NCBI RefSeq assembly: GCF_003918875.1
Contig: NW_025765402.1
Location: 62,001 to 126,000, forward strand
From: Haliotis rubra
Taxonomy: Eukaryota
DNA length: 64,000 nt
Direction of reading: 5' to 3'
In this document: one piece after another, positions 12,260-25,491 of the stretch
How positions within the stretch are numbered: the stretch's first letter is position 1
Layout of the letters: the number at the start of each line of letters is the position of its first letter
Program-made: the position numbers and the translations under genes
The notes under the pieces: model-generated
The model's database searches: none
What the model saw: only the letters and a program-made list of their open reading frames with translations
Told to the model about the DNA's origin: nothing

Positions 12260-13291
12260 AGATATTTCGGCAGCCATTCTAGAATTTATTGTTAAGGATT
12301 TGCGGCCATTTAGTGTTGTCCAAAATGACGGGTTTAGAAACATGTTCAGAGTTTTGGAACCAAGTTACACAATCCCGTCCCGACAGTATTTCTCATATTC
12401 TGCTTTGCCCATGTTGCATGAGACTGTTAAAACTGAGGTCTGAGAATGTTTCACTCACAACTGATGGATGGACTAGCAGACTCGTACATCTGCACATGTG
12501 GACAGACTATTGTTTCTAAAGAAGAATTGGAAAGTTGGAAACCAAGATAAATATGAATTATTATCTGCCTTCATCACACTATTTGAGTAAAATCAGAGTT
12601 AATGTGAAATATTGCCATTTGCCAATTATGTTAACCTATTTTTCACCTTGAGTCACCAAGTTATCTGCTGACATGTTTATTTGTAAGATTTCTTGATACT
12701 TTCATAGTGACAAAAGATTATTGTCTTCTTTAAATCTGTTGAATCTGTTGACTGTTCTGTGCATTGGATATATTTTTTCATCTTCATGTTGTTAAAACTA
12801 AAAAATATCTACCTGTGGACTGTTTAATTTCCAAACTTTACACACAGTAAGTGTTTTCTATTGAAACTGAAAGGTGACCATTTGTCAAAACTGTGACAGA
12901 GCCACAGAGCCAGTATTTATTCTTTATTTTGTATGTTATTTTACATACAAAGTTGTGGGGATCAAAGAGTCTGCAAACCACAGTTTTGGATTAAATAGTA
13001 TTAAATCCTCTGTGAATGCGTTGCCTTGTTGTGGAATGTTTTAATACTAAGTCATGTTTATGAAGAAGTCATCATGACAACTTGACCAATACTGACCTGA
13101 AAGTTATAAGGAATAAACAACTGAACACATTTTATGCTTTAATCAGTTTAATGTAAAATAAGTTTGTAGAAAATGGCAATTTATCTTAAATTTGAATTTT
13201 TGTCTGAACTATCGCAATAGTTATCGCAGTAGTAGCATGCAATAGTCTATCGATATCGCAATAGTTCCTTAGGCCTCAATAGTCACCCCTA
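12260..13291 (+). mobile_element. hAT (ZBED1/Ac-like) DNA transposon remnant, internally deleted
   Basis: Translates as DISAAILEFIVKDLRPFSVVQNDGFRNMFRVLEPSYTIPSRQYFS and ENVSLTTDGWTSR (first catalytic Asp). The right end has ATCGCAATAG subterminal repeats and the TIR ...GTCACCCCTA. The left TIR was not found. Confidence 0.85.
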
Positions 13292-14389
13292 CTGTTCTCT
13301 TCTTTTTTAATAGAAACCCGATGATACTTTATTTCACTTCCTTATGTCAGGACCGCCATGTAGCTGGAATATTGGTGAGTTCGGCATAAAACTAAACTCA
13401 CTCGCTCACTCCTTATGTCAGGTATTATGGTGTGTAATTGTGCTTACCTTAATGAATTGCGAAAAGGTCAAAATGAAGATGTTTGTTCATCGTCCAGGGG
13501 TCAACCAGGAAGATACGTCAAGACTCTGTTTGTACGTTCTCAAATATACATCCCTGGCAAAGGCGACGTAAAAAGTGCAATGAATAGTTAAAAAGGCAAC
13601 ACATTAGACCTAAATCTATTTTGCCGGTAGTGAAGAACTGGAGTGTATCTGGAATTGAATACCCGTGCATTTGAAAGCTTCTTTAACTGTATAAACGCAT
13701 GTCTTTGCAGCCAACGATTGTTTATTGTTTAACGCTGCACATAAACATATTTGCGCTGTATGACGTCGGTCTGTAAATAATCAAACCATCACCAGACCAT
13801 CCAGTGACTGACATCATGAACATTTTGGATTAGGTGGCATTAACAAGTCGGCTAGCTTGAACACCCGATCTTGTACGTCAGTTGGGTAATAGTGCCTTAT
13901 GTATATGTCGATATTGTAATCTCACTTGCACCCTTTAATATGACTTTAATATGTGAATGCATACTTAAATATTGTAGGTATGTATCCCAGCAAATATATA
14001 ATCATGTGTCAATATTGTGCACATATTCACATTTGCAATACCAACATACTCGCCTTTGTATAGTAATCCAAATATCGATGTACGTTTTTGGCTGTGCTAG
14101 AAGAAGTCTTTGTCCAAATCTACGTCAATATGTTACAGAAGTTTCTAATCAGGTTTTTCCTAATCTGTATGACATTTCATATTTGGACCACGCGATATGT
14201 TCATGAACACATATGAGTGTTTGTAATCATTAAAATAGTAATGCCTTGAAGGTCGGAGTTTCACACCATGAAATCGGATCTTTTCACATTGTAAAGGTCA
14301 ACACATGTTTTCTGATCACCTCTTCCCACATGTGGTAGATACATAAGTAGATTGTGTGATCTAAAGGTCAATGGAACAAATCGAAGGCA

Positions 14390-17300
14390 ATGGATCACTC
14401 TGATATTCTTCTGGTTTACTTTGCCGTGGTCGTGTGCTCAAGCTCTGGTAGGATATTGTCTGTTAAACACTAAATGTAATGTACACTAGATCACTTCCCA
14501 GTAATACCATGTGCCATTCATTAGAATGACATTTTCTTGGTAGAATATCGAGCTCCAGTAAGACATAGTCTGTTAAACACCATACGTATTATACCCCCGA
14601 TGACTTCCTAGTTATACTATGTGCCATCTAGTTAAGTGACATATTATTGTAGTATATATCATTAGAATGGTATGTTGTTGTAGAATATTGAATTCTGGTA
14701 AGACATTGTTTGTTAAACACTAAATGTAATGTACACCAGATCACTTTCCAGTAATACCATGTGCCATTTTGTTAAGTAACATATTATTGTAGTATATTGA
14801 AATCCTGGTTTATGTGCCTCTTTTCACGAACTCCAGAATTTTTTGTGTGGTACTGTATGTTCCAGACAAAAATAGAATACATTTCGAATACCAGCATGCA
14901 TGACATGAGTGGTCAGGACAAATACTGGGGAATGATGTTAAATAGTTTGATCCAGGCGCAAGTAGCCAGATACCACTGGTTGGTCGCAGGTTTCTCCTAA
15001 CTCCGTATCAGTTAAGACCATCTGTTTGTCTGAAGTAACCATGCTTTGTTTACTACCCAGAAAACATAATCCTGCGTCATGACATGCACTTAAAATCAAA
15101 TATTACCCTCAAAACATATTCCTCGAAAGTAAATGGGCTTTCATTTATGCTTTGCATCACTGGATTGTCTGGTCCAGACTCGATTTGTTTACAAACAACA
15201 TCGTGCAGCTGTACTAACACTACTGAAACAAACATATACTCGTGATAAAGTCACAATTGTACTATCGATTTCTTATGGACGTGGAAAGGGTTTTGTCGCT
15301 TCTATTGCGTCTCCTTTTGATAAAGCATGCTATGCGTTAAAATTCCATGTTTTTATATCACATGTTAATTTTGTTGTTCATTACATAATGTTGACAGTCG
15401 CTGTGTTGGCTCTGCAATGTCCGAGTTGCCACCGGGTGCAGAATGTGAACCAGTGTCGGATACGAACAGAGAACTGCAGCATCTACCAAGAAGTACGTAG
15501 TCGGAATTCATTGCATTTTGTTAAGTAAACCACAGACTTATTGGTTTCCTTACAACATAATTAGATTATCAGTTGACATGAAAGTTGAGCAATATACATC
15601 ATATCTATAACCTCCCCCCCTCTCTCTCTCTCTCTCTGTGTTTGTGTCTGTGTGTGTGTGTGAGAGAGAGAGTCTTAGTGTCTGTGTGTCCCCAATATAT
15701 AATTCATGTTCTTACAATAATTATGAATTCTACCAACCCGCGAGTTGATCAGTGTTATATCACCTTCTCATCTATAACAATGCATGTATCTTTTCCAAGG
15801 TGTGTATCGGGGTTTTGAATGAATGGCACGTGACCATGGGCTGTGGCACCATAAAGGTAAACAGGCACATTAATGAAAGTATTTAGCACAGTCCCTTTTT
15901 TATGTATGAGACCAAGGGTTGAAACTTTGTTACATCCTAATAGTCACTGATCTTTTTGTGGTCTCCGGTGGATATCGTACAGATGTTTAATGTGACGATC
16001 TTTGAAGACTTTGTCATCGGATGATAATAATTTTGTTAATAAGTACGTTTATTACGAGGATACGAAAAAATATAACATGCAACGAAAAACAAACCTTGCT
16101 GTCTGTTCTTCATCAACAATAACAAAGTCTGATGTATATTATAAAGTCCAAAGTGTGTACACGTAACTTTTGTGAAATGTGTCACATCGTAAATGTGCAT
16201 TCATTTATGTAAAACTTATACCACGGTCTTTGTAGCATATATAATCCCCTTATTTGAAAATATGTCATGCCACCGACTGTAGAGATGCGATTATGATGAC
16301 CTACAAGACACGACTGACTGTAGAGGGACACACCCATTTGGACCCAGGGACAGGTGCACGGTGTGCTGTACTGGGGACATCTGCCAGTCCAGGATGACAC
16401 ACATACAACACGGTAAGAATATTTCATGGTCCAGCATGTGAGTACTCAACGAGTGGATGAGTGAATTTACTTTTATGCCGCTTTTAGCAATATTCCAGCA
16501 ATATCACGACAGGGGACACCAGCCATGGGCTTCACACATTGTACTCATGTGGTGAATGGTATCTTTGTTTGGCATGACGAGCGAACGCCTTAACCAACAG
16601 ACTACCCCACCGCCCCAAAAAAGTCAAGGACTATTCATATATTTATGGTAATTTTAAGTGATGGATATACTCCTAAGTGAGATTCTATATTACATATAAT
16701 TAACATACTTGATTTCTTACCAATGTGCTATGGGGCATCGATAGCAGATGTTCATGGTTGTTCTTATGTCTCAATTCTTTAATGTGTTCGGTTGAAACTT
16801 AAATTTGATAATATTTGCAAGAACATCCCCAAGCTATTTGGTGTCACTGGGACTATACCTTGCAAATCGATAAGTGCATATGTACATATTCCCCTTGTGA
16901 AAACACCAAAACTAGTCTTTCATCCTGACATGCCGTTGCCGCCATTTTCATACATGTATTGTCATCCTCATCCAATGTGCAAATTTGTTCAGGGTTAGAT
17001 ACGGTGCCTGGTGTGATCCATTGCCCAGTTTGTGATAACGAACACGACCCTCAAAGATGCTTGGACAATATCATACCCTGTGAATCTCACCACAAAGTGA
17101 GTACATTTTTATAAAGAAACTTCTCACGTACATTTATCGATACTTCCTTAATTGTCTGATGAGGTGTGGTAGTAAAATTTTACAGTAATTTAAAAAGAAA
17201 CGAATTTGTTTGTTTTAGGCTTTAGTGATATACAAATATAATACTTTCCTTTCAGACATGTGAAATTAAGAACGCTGATGGGAAATGGTCAGCTACATGT

Positions 17301-19557
17301 TCCCACAACTCGTCGGTAAGTATTTTGTGTACAGGAAAAGTGTTCCTGGTTGTTGTTTTTCCAGTATGGGTGCCTATGGATTGTTGATGATGTATGTTTA
17401 TGATAGGTATAGTTATAAAGGATAATTGGGTATGCACTCCAAAGGATTATTCAGTTTAGTTGGGTTATAATGTGCTCTTTTTATCAGGATTTCAAAGAGC
17501 GTCATACCACTCTTGCTCGGAAGTTGTTTGATCAAGGTTACATCTTTTATGATAGACATATGGAGGAAATTTCCAAATTTGATGCATCAGTAACAAGAAT
17601 GATGTCCAATGCAATTCCCTCTTTTGACTTACAGCAAATTATTTCAGGCCAACGACTGAGTAGACTCAACATATGTTTATGACGGTGCGCCACCTACGTG
17701 GCACGATACGCTCACCTTTTTGCTATCACCTGGTGTCATCACTATTTCATTGTGATTCATAAACACATGATGTGTCATATCGCATGTTGACAATCACTTG
17801 ATTGTCTAGACCAGACTCGATTGGTTTACAAACAACATCGAACAGCTGTAATACTGCTGAAACAAATATATACTCATGATATAGTCACAATTGTACAATC
17901 CACTCTGTTTTTAGCAAAAATGTCTTATTGATGTGAAAAGGGTTTTGTAGCGTCTATTTTCTCAGCATCCATGTATTCACTCTCTGTTCTAGTGCATCCA
18001 TCCACCCAATCTGTATCCAACAGACTGCACTCAAGACAAAGGGCACAAAGAGTGTGTATATTGTTGCAACGATCAGACTTGTCTTGACTATGCATTTGGC
18101 ATAAAGCAACTCCCTACAACTTCACCGACAAGCACCAGCGTCGCAGGTACTTCAGCAACGTTGACGTTTGCTCCACCGTCCTCATGCCGTGACCAGTCTC
18201 TGTTCCCTTGTCACAGAGCTGTTGGAGCGGCTTGTTCAGACCCTGACATATCCGTTGAATTCTGTCCGCTGTCGTGCGGTATTTGTAAAGGTAAGTGTTT
18301 AGTCCATATGTTTCTTCGTCTGACATTTTGCTTGACTTATTGATTTTTCCATCACAAGGGATACATATTTCAGTACCAAAACAATGCAGGATCTTTTTAG
18401 CAATGTTATTTGTCATTTTGAAAAGAAATAGAATTAATTGATAAATTTGGTTTATAATATGTATATAGATATATATTTTATTATGGATAGTTAGCCACTT
18501 AGATGGTTAGTGGCTGTATCTTCACAGGGGTTTGGAGTTTTATACAATTATTGTCATCGTGTAGCGGTACGTAAGTCCCAATACTTTCGAAGTAACTTTA
18601 AACTTACCAGGATATATCAAACGTAGTATGTTTGTGAGTTTTATTTTGGGTAAATTTTCCTTCAATCGCCCGCTGCTGTTGGGATGGTGTAAATCCAGCT
18701 AGGGTCCATGCAGGTCGCAAAGGTACTGTCCCTGGGGTCCCTAGTATGGTGATCTACCTATATATACTCCAGTGCAAACCCCTTTCTAAATATAAAACCA
18801 AAAGGCAGAATTGATTGACATCCACTTACAAAAATAGCATTTCGTAACGGCTGTATCGATGACAGTGGTAATAGTTATACCATGAATCTACAGGAATCTT
18901 CATTTCTCTTATATCGCCGCCATATAGCTGGAACAGTGTTGAGAGTGGCGCTAAACAAACAAACAAACAAACAAACAACCATAACTACACTGATAAATCA
19001 ATACGGTATTGGATCATGATCTGTTTATACTGCAGAAATACATGTAGTACGAAGTGCTAATTATCATTCATGTGACCTAGTGTGCGTTGGTACAGCTTTG
19101 CTCAATGAAGACTGAAGTTGTGTAAAGGCAAACGTATATGTAACAATGTAACACTCCGTCAAATCCATGTTATGCACCCCATTAACGTCTTAAACGTTTT
19201 GTTAATACTCTACTGCTCTACGTTTCGCAGCCCCTACAACAACAGCAACCGCTGTGTCTTCTTCATCAATTCCGACGCGTGGCGAGCCAACTACAACATT
19301 ATCATCAACTAAGCACACGACGCAGGAACCGAATAAACATACAACACATTCAACAAATAAACAAACGACACATGTACCAACCAAACACGCAACACAATCC
19401 CAAACAACACAAATACATCAAAAACACACGACGCACAAGCCGACGCCTCAAACTTCACCTGTACCACATACACATAAGGCTACAGCAGTTCCTGCGACAA
19501 CAACATCTGCAGCCTCATCGACAACACCCAACGTCTTTGTATCAGGACCAGAAATAG
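14390..19557 (+). CDS. Secreted or surface protein: signal peptide, two Ly6/uPAR-like three-finger domains, ShKT domain, His/Thr-rich mucin region; 3' end unresolved
   Basis: Frame-compatible GT-AG exons 14390-14447, 15398-15492, 15800-15856, 16283-16412, 16993-17096, 17256-17315, 17993-18290 and 19231-19557. Domain 1 runs LQCPSC...CCTGDIC and domain 2 IHCPVC...CCNDQTC. The ShK motif is CRDQSLFPC...C...CPLSCGIC. The downstream exon(s) are unclear (N gap at 19964-20116). Confidence 0.85.
14445..14800 (+). repeat. Three diverged ~110-140 bp tandem copies starting at the exon 1 donor site
   Basis: GTA(G/A)GA.AT.GT.TGTTAAACAC...ATGTGCCAT recurs near 14448, 14558 and 14698. Confidence 0.8.
16451..16616 (-). 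mobile_element. tRNA-derived SINE, family A
   Basis: Reverse-complement family A body and tail. Confidence 0.8.
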
Positions 19558-19963
19558 GTAAGGTCTTCAACCAGGTCAGGTGTGATCAAGTTACACTGTG
19601 ATCGGCTGATTACACCCATTGATCATTACTGTGCTCTAGTCACGATTGTGTTGTGCACACTTTTATACTCGATAAGATGTACTCTCACTAGTCCAGCATG
19701 TGATTGACTTCAACATCTGGAGAGCATAGCGCTGGTGAAAATGAATTCTCCTACCTATAATTTATATGCAACTAAATATAGTGTTAAACAGATTATGGCC
19801 CTTTTCCTGTTTCGGTGGCTGTGACCATTTTTATCCATTTACCCCGTCGTTCTCGGGGTCTGCATGTTTTAGCCCAAACATTATCCATCATCCTTGTCTC
19901 TGCTTTATGGTACAACCTATATCAACCCTAGCGTTCTCAATCGTTCTCAATCTCAAGCTATAT

Positions 19964-20116
19964 NNNNNNNNNNNNNNNNNNNNNNNNNNNNNNNNNNNNN
20001 NNNNNNNNNNNNNNNNNNNNNNNNNNNNNNNNNNNNNNNNNNNNNNNNNNNNNNNNNNNNNNNNNNNNNNNNNNNNNNNNNNNNNNNNNNNNNNNNNNNN
20101 NNNNNNNNNNNNNNNN
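19964..20116. other. Assembly gap (N run)
   Basis: Run of N. Confidence 1.
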
Positions 20117-21914
20117 AATGATATCTCCCATGAATTAAAACGTGTTTCCAATGCATTATTCATTGGATATACTGATGTACACGCCAGGTTTTACCTGGCC
20201 GATAATCAGATAAAACTAAATACCATCAAATACATAAAAAAACATCCACAACCCTGATTATTGTCATTCTTAACATCCTGTTGCAGCAAGCATACGCGTG
20301 TTTTCTATACCATAAGCGTATCATTTTGAATTACAGTCATAGTTCTGTAACTGTGAAAACAATGAATCATGCATCTATAGATGTCAGTCACGAGTCCCCG
20401 ATACAGTCACACGACTTCCTCCTACTCATTCTGTCAAACCGGAGATCATGTTATCTCTGTTATACAATCCCTGGAAAATCATGACTTGTGTCCTGTATCC
20501 CATATTAGGTATCGTTCGTCATCATGCACCAGGACCTAGTTTTGTGGATCTATATTTATAGTAACAGGGGCCCTCCCTCTGTGTTTCAATTGTGATAGTA
20601 AATGTGTTCTTGAATGTACACTTATGTTTAACCCACCCGCCCAATGACAATACAATTGTTGTAACAGCGCATAGTGTGTATCTCTGGCGTCGCCGCTGTT
20701 GTGGAATGACTTGGCAATATGTTCGTGTCACTGAATACAGAGGGGGTGGTATGCTTCAATGACTGACGGGAAGAGATGATTAATGAAATTATTGTGCTAT
20801 TACGTGCTGTTTTGGCGACATCGTCGGCTTATGCGCCGAAATTGACTGTTTGGAGTTGCGTCCCTTAGATGTGCGAGATACCAACGTTTGTGGATTTCAA
20901 TCCCAGATTACATATGGATACAGTTGTATGTTTTCAGCAACATACTTGGACGTACGGTTTTATCAAGTGTCACATAGCTATGTTCTGCAGCTCTTTTGCA
21001 CTACGTGTGTTGTCTTTCCCTCCTAAAGTGCATCACATGTCGCGAAATATATACTCATATCCTGGTTAAACCGAACACACGCACGAACTGCACTATGTCT
21101 ATCAGTACTTGTGATAGTCGATAGTCCGATCAATATTTACATCCCTGCTGTTGATAATTGAGTCTTTCTGAGTTAGTTACCGACTTTGGTCCCTTGCTAG
21201 TGTTTCCTGTTCGACTAAGTGTAGCCATCGCCCTTACACTCCCGAAAAACTAAATTGTATTGTACAGCTTCAGTATTTGGGGTTCGCCTGAGTATGTTGT
21301 CGTACTGTTGGCATAAACCTCTTTGACTCTTTTGAGGTTTATTTTGTAATTGTCAAACACATGTACACACACGCGCTCACATTTGTGACCAGATACATAA
21401 CACACACACACAAGCAGTAAAATCAAAGAAACCCATTTGTTATTGTCAAGCACATGTACACACACGCGCGCACACTTGTGACCAGATATATGACACACAC
21501 ATACTCACGTACGTACGCACGCACACACACACACGCGCACACATTTGAATATATAGATACATATAATCACATATATACGTGCACATACACAGAGATATTC
21601 ACACAGGAGCACGTTTGGCATACAGCAAACGCCTTGTTTTCTCTTAAGTTTATTCAGTAAGCTATACAGTTCCTGTATTACATTCAAAACAAGGAAAGCA
21701 TAATGAGGCTTATCCAACGAGATTGTCACCAGATGCGCTGTAACAAAAGGATTAAAATATATCCACGGTTTGTAAACAATCTTTCCATGACTACCATAAT
21801 TGCTTCCTGCGGGAGGGTTTGGAGATCCTAAATTATTCTTGATACAGTTATTAAAAGTAAATTTGGTGTTGTTAACTGGTGCTATCATTCTGTAGGTGTT
21901 GCTGCTAAACATCA

Positions 21915-24392
21915 TCAGGACAACACTCGTTTTTCCCAGTCGGTACTGTTTAAAATGTCAAATGTTTATAAACGGCGTGAAAATAAACTCACTCACTCAC
22001 TCACTCACTCACTCACTCATAAACGGACATTACTTTAGTGTATATGCACTTTGGCTCCTCTCGAAACAATAGAAATTATCAAAGAGGCATAACGATTTAG
22101 GTGAAAATTCGTTCGGGACATCAGCTGGCAGGTAAATGGTCCTGCGCAGTCTCTCAGATACTCCTTACGGAGCATTACTATCTAACATGGGAGTGCTTGC
22201 CCACCAGAAATGACAGATGCTATTAAAGGGTTTTTAAAAAGTGAGAGTCCAAGTTACATACATGAAATGTGTCATGACAGGTTTTCATTTTCTGACAAGA
22301 TCGTTTACATATGTAAACAGATAGAATAGCCAAATTGATTGGAACAAAGAAGTGTTATTGGACTTCAAAGATGTGCACGTCGGTGAGCCAAGATGAATTG
22401 ACCATATATTTGTAACATACATTGCCTAAAAAGTCGCAATGGACTTGTTCATCATCAAGGAGACAACCCCTACACGCTGTCGTAGTGTAAATGAGTATGT
22501 GAGTTAGGTTTTACGCTGCTGAAAGAATATTCCAGCAATATCACTGCGGAGGACAAAGGATAGATAGACTATATATAGTCATGGCTTATAAGAAGGAATC
22601 AACTTACGACTTTTCACATATGTGGCCAGCGTTATCAATGCACCTGGCGTCATACCACATGAACGTCGAGCCGTAGTTCTGCAGTAACCCACAGTCCTCG
22701 TTGCCGCTCTCAGAGCCAGGCTGTCCATTTCCCCAGTTTGAGTAGGTCAGCTTGACCCCGCTATCACCCCAAACCCAGTTGCCCTCCTGGATTTTGTCAT
22801 TTGCTCCGAACCACGCCACAAAGTCAGCTGTTGATACCATGTAATACACGTCAATGGTGAGTGAGTGAGTGAGTTTAGTTCTACGCCGCTTTTAGCAATA
22901 TTCCAGCAATATAACGGCGGGTCACACCAGAAATGGGCTTCACACATTGTACCATGTGGGGAATCAAATCCGGGTCTTCGGTGTTACGAGCAAACGCCTT
23001 AACCACTTGGCTACTCCACCGCCCCACGTCAATGATCAACCATTAGTCATATTTCATGTATAACATATGACAATGAGGACAGCAATACATTGCAACAGTG
23101 CAACAGGGTTTTCCAGTATATAATTTTATATCAACTCTAATGTATTTAGCATTTATGCTTCATAATTGAACTCCGATGAGAATATATCCTAAGCATTACT
23201 TTTATGATGTATACTGTTTTATGGGCATTTCATGTGATCACTTAATTCAAATAACGAAACTTACATTTAAAATTCAGTATGAAATTACTGATGAAGTTGT
23301 TCTCGTCCCTGTCTTCTATTCTGACCAAGTAGGAGTTGTAGGTCTTGCAGATAGCCTGTTGTAAAACATGTCCTTCACCATAATATATAACCAGGAATCC
23401 GTTCATTCTTTTATAGATTAAGTTACCCTCCAATTACTAACCGATATTTTTCAATCGTTGCTAAACACTTTGACTGCAATCCCGACTCGTATCAGCGCGT
23501 AGCGCACCACTGTGGCAAAAGTTGTTATATCCATCTTCAACAATACGCGCCGCGCGCGCACACACACGCAAACACACACACACACGCATGCAGAAAGACA
23601 CATATTGACGGATTCACTCACATTGCATCGTTCTGAAAAATCCATTTATATTTATTCACATTCATCATTTAATATTTACAGAAGCTCCAATAATACACTG
23701 CGCTCACGTTTAACATTTGCACCTGTCGTGCGAAGCGTAAGCAGCCTTTGTCAAGGATATTTATTAAAGCGGTAGTGCTTTAGGGTTGAAGAGTCCTATT
23801 GAAGTAGAATTACAACCGTTGACTGCACTTGAATACACAGGCATACCTTAGCGCTGTGTCATATGGTTGCCAGGTTGTGTTGAAGCTGTAACAAGAGCTC
23901 TTGTACACGACCCATCCGTCGGGGCAGGAACAGACACAGTCTTGTCAAATAGAAGATATACCGTCGTCATCTTTGATATCGTAACAAAGTTACATAGTGA
24001 TGGATGTCAATGAGCCTCCTTCATGTAATATTCGCTCAGACATTGATTATGGAATCTACGTATTTTAATCTATAAACTTTAAAAAGCAACTGTTTTAGAG
24101 GAATTCTAGAATTTGTCAGCAATAGGAATGACACGTGTACAATAAAGAAGTTTATCATCCATAAACACTCGTATTCCTATTCAAAAAGCAAGTAGAAATA
24201 TTGTTTTGATGATAGAAAATAATATGACGATTAATATTTGTACTGTTTGATAAGTGAAAATAATATGACAATTAATTATACTTGTACTGTTTGATAAGTG
24301 AAAATAATATGACAGTTAATCATACGTGTACCTGCTGCAGGAAGGAAGGTAAAAAGCACGAACAAAAGGAAAGTATTGATTAAGGCGGCCAT
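21915..24392 (-). CDS. Perlucin-like single-CRD C-type lectin 1 (QPG/WYD motifs); apparent 2-nt frameshift at the end of exon 2
   Basis: Exons 24392-24332 (MAALINTFLLFVLFTFLPAA), 23940-23847 (CSCPDGWVVYKSSCYSF...), 23355-23265 (AICKTYNSYLVRIEDRDENNFI...), 22827-22608 (WFGANDKIQEGNWVW...QPG...EDC...WYDARC...ICEK) and a probable last exon 21945-21915. AATAAA at 21654-21649. Exon 2 ends in phase 2 while exon 3 starts in phase 0. Confidence 0.85.
22857..23025 (-). mobile_element. tRNA-derived SINE, family A, with TSD
   Basis: Full-length copy; TSD CACGTCAATG on both sides. Confidence 0.9.
24216..24331. repeat. Three ~42-bp tandem copies abutting the lectin 1 exon 1 donor
   Basis: GAAAATAATATGAC..TTAAT...TGTAC occurs three times. 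Confidence 0.85.
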
Positions 24393-25491
24393 ATTAGCGG
24401 ACTGGTACCTGACAACCTGTTACGTCTCAGGAGATATGACAGACCGGCCCACATAGAAGTGTTGACGAGATTTCATTTGGGTCACGTGATCTCTGATAGA
24501 GTAGGACAATTTCTTTTGCGAAGTTTCACCACATCATTTAAGGTCAATTGTGAGGACGTGGATTGTGTTCAGTAAGGCTGGTTGTGTTGGCAGAGTTTCT
24601 TCCCTTATGTAACTATCCGTGTGTGACATCTGGTTTTATCACATACGCTGCATTTTAATATGGCGTATTGCAAATAAACCATGTACAATATTTCGATGTG
24701 TGTCGGGAGACCAACTGTTAACAACATGTATTCCTTGACAGAGACTTTCAGTTTATATGTGAAACAAACAAATCACGCCAGCATAATTAGGTCAGTTTCA
24801 CAAGAATTTCGTGCAGGTATCTGGTCAAAGAATACCCTCGATAATCCAGATGGGTACAATTTGCTCTAATATGGCTGGAATATGCTTAAATGTCACATAC
24901 AATCTTAAATCGCTGGAGAATAGACGTGGGTGTTTGTTGTTCATGTTCATGATGTATAGGAGTGAGTCTTACACAGCTGCTACAGTGACCTAGAATTGAT
25001 TCAGATCTGGTCGGTCAGCGGAGTCACAAAGTCGAGACAAGTAGGTTATAGCAATCGGCTCCTATATAAGGCAATGTAGTCATTAGCCAGAACGGACAGT
25101 GTTTCCTTTTCGTATCAATATACATTTCTAACATCACCGGATACTACAACGAGACCATTAACATCTAATTATAGATGAACACACTGTTAAAGTATCACTA
25201 CAATATTGGTAGTGAAATTATAACGGTTACCTTCACTATACACGGTCAGATATTCTGATGCATTGTGTAGAGACATTAATACAATTCACAAAATCGATAT
25301 GGTGATATATAGACCTAACGGTACATGCATGTGTACCTGAGACATCAATTGTTTGGTACAATGTTCTTTGCTTGCAAACCTTGGGTCAGCGGTCCGTTTG
25401 CTGATAAGATGCCTTACTTATCTCAGGTCAGATAGAGTGTTAAAGTATTTTATTTCGTCCTTCTTTATCAATGTCACCACACCGTGGAAGG
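24393..25491. promoter_or_regulatory. Intergenic region between head-to-head lectin genes; candidate divergent promoter
   Basis: ATGs at 24392 (-) and 25492 (+); TATATAAG near 25063. Confidence 0.4.

Noticed and set aside
20344-20560. Open frame FCNCENNESCIYRCQ... as last exon of the LU/ShK gene
   Set aside because: It needs a phase 0 junction while the preceding exon ends in phase 1. An intervening exon could lie in the N gap, so it is left unassigned.
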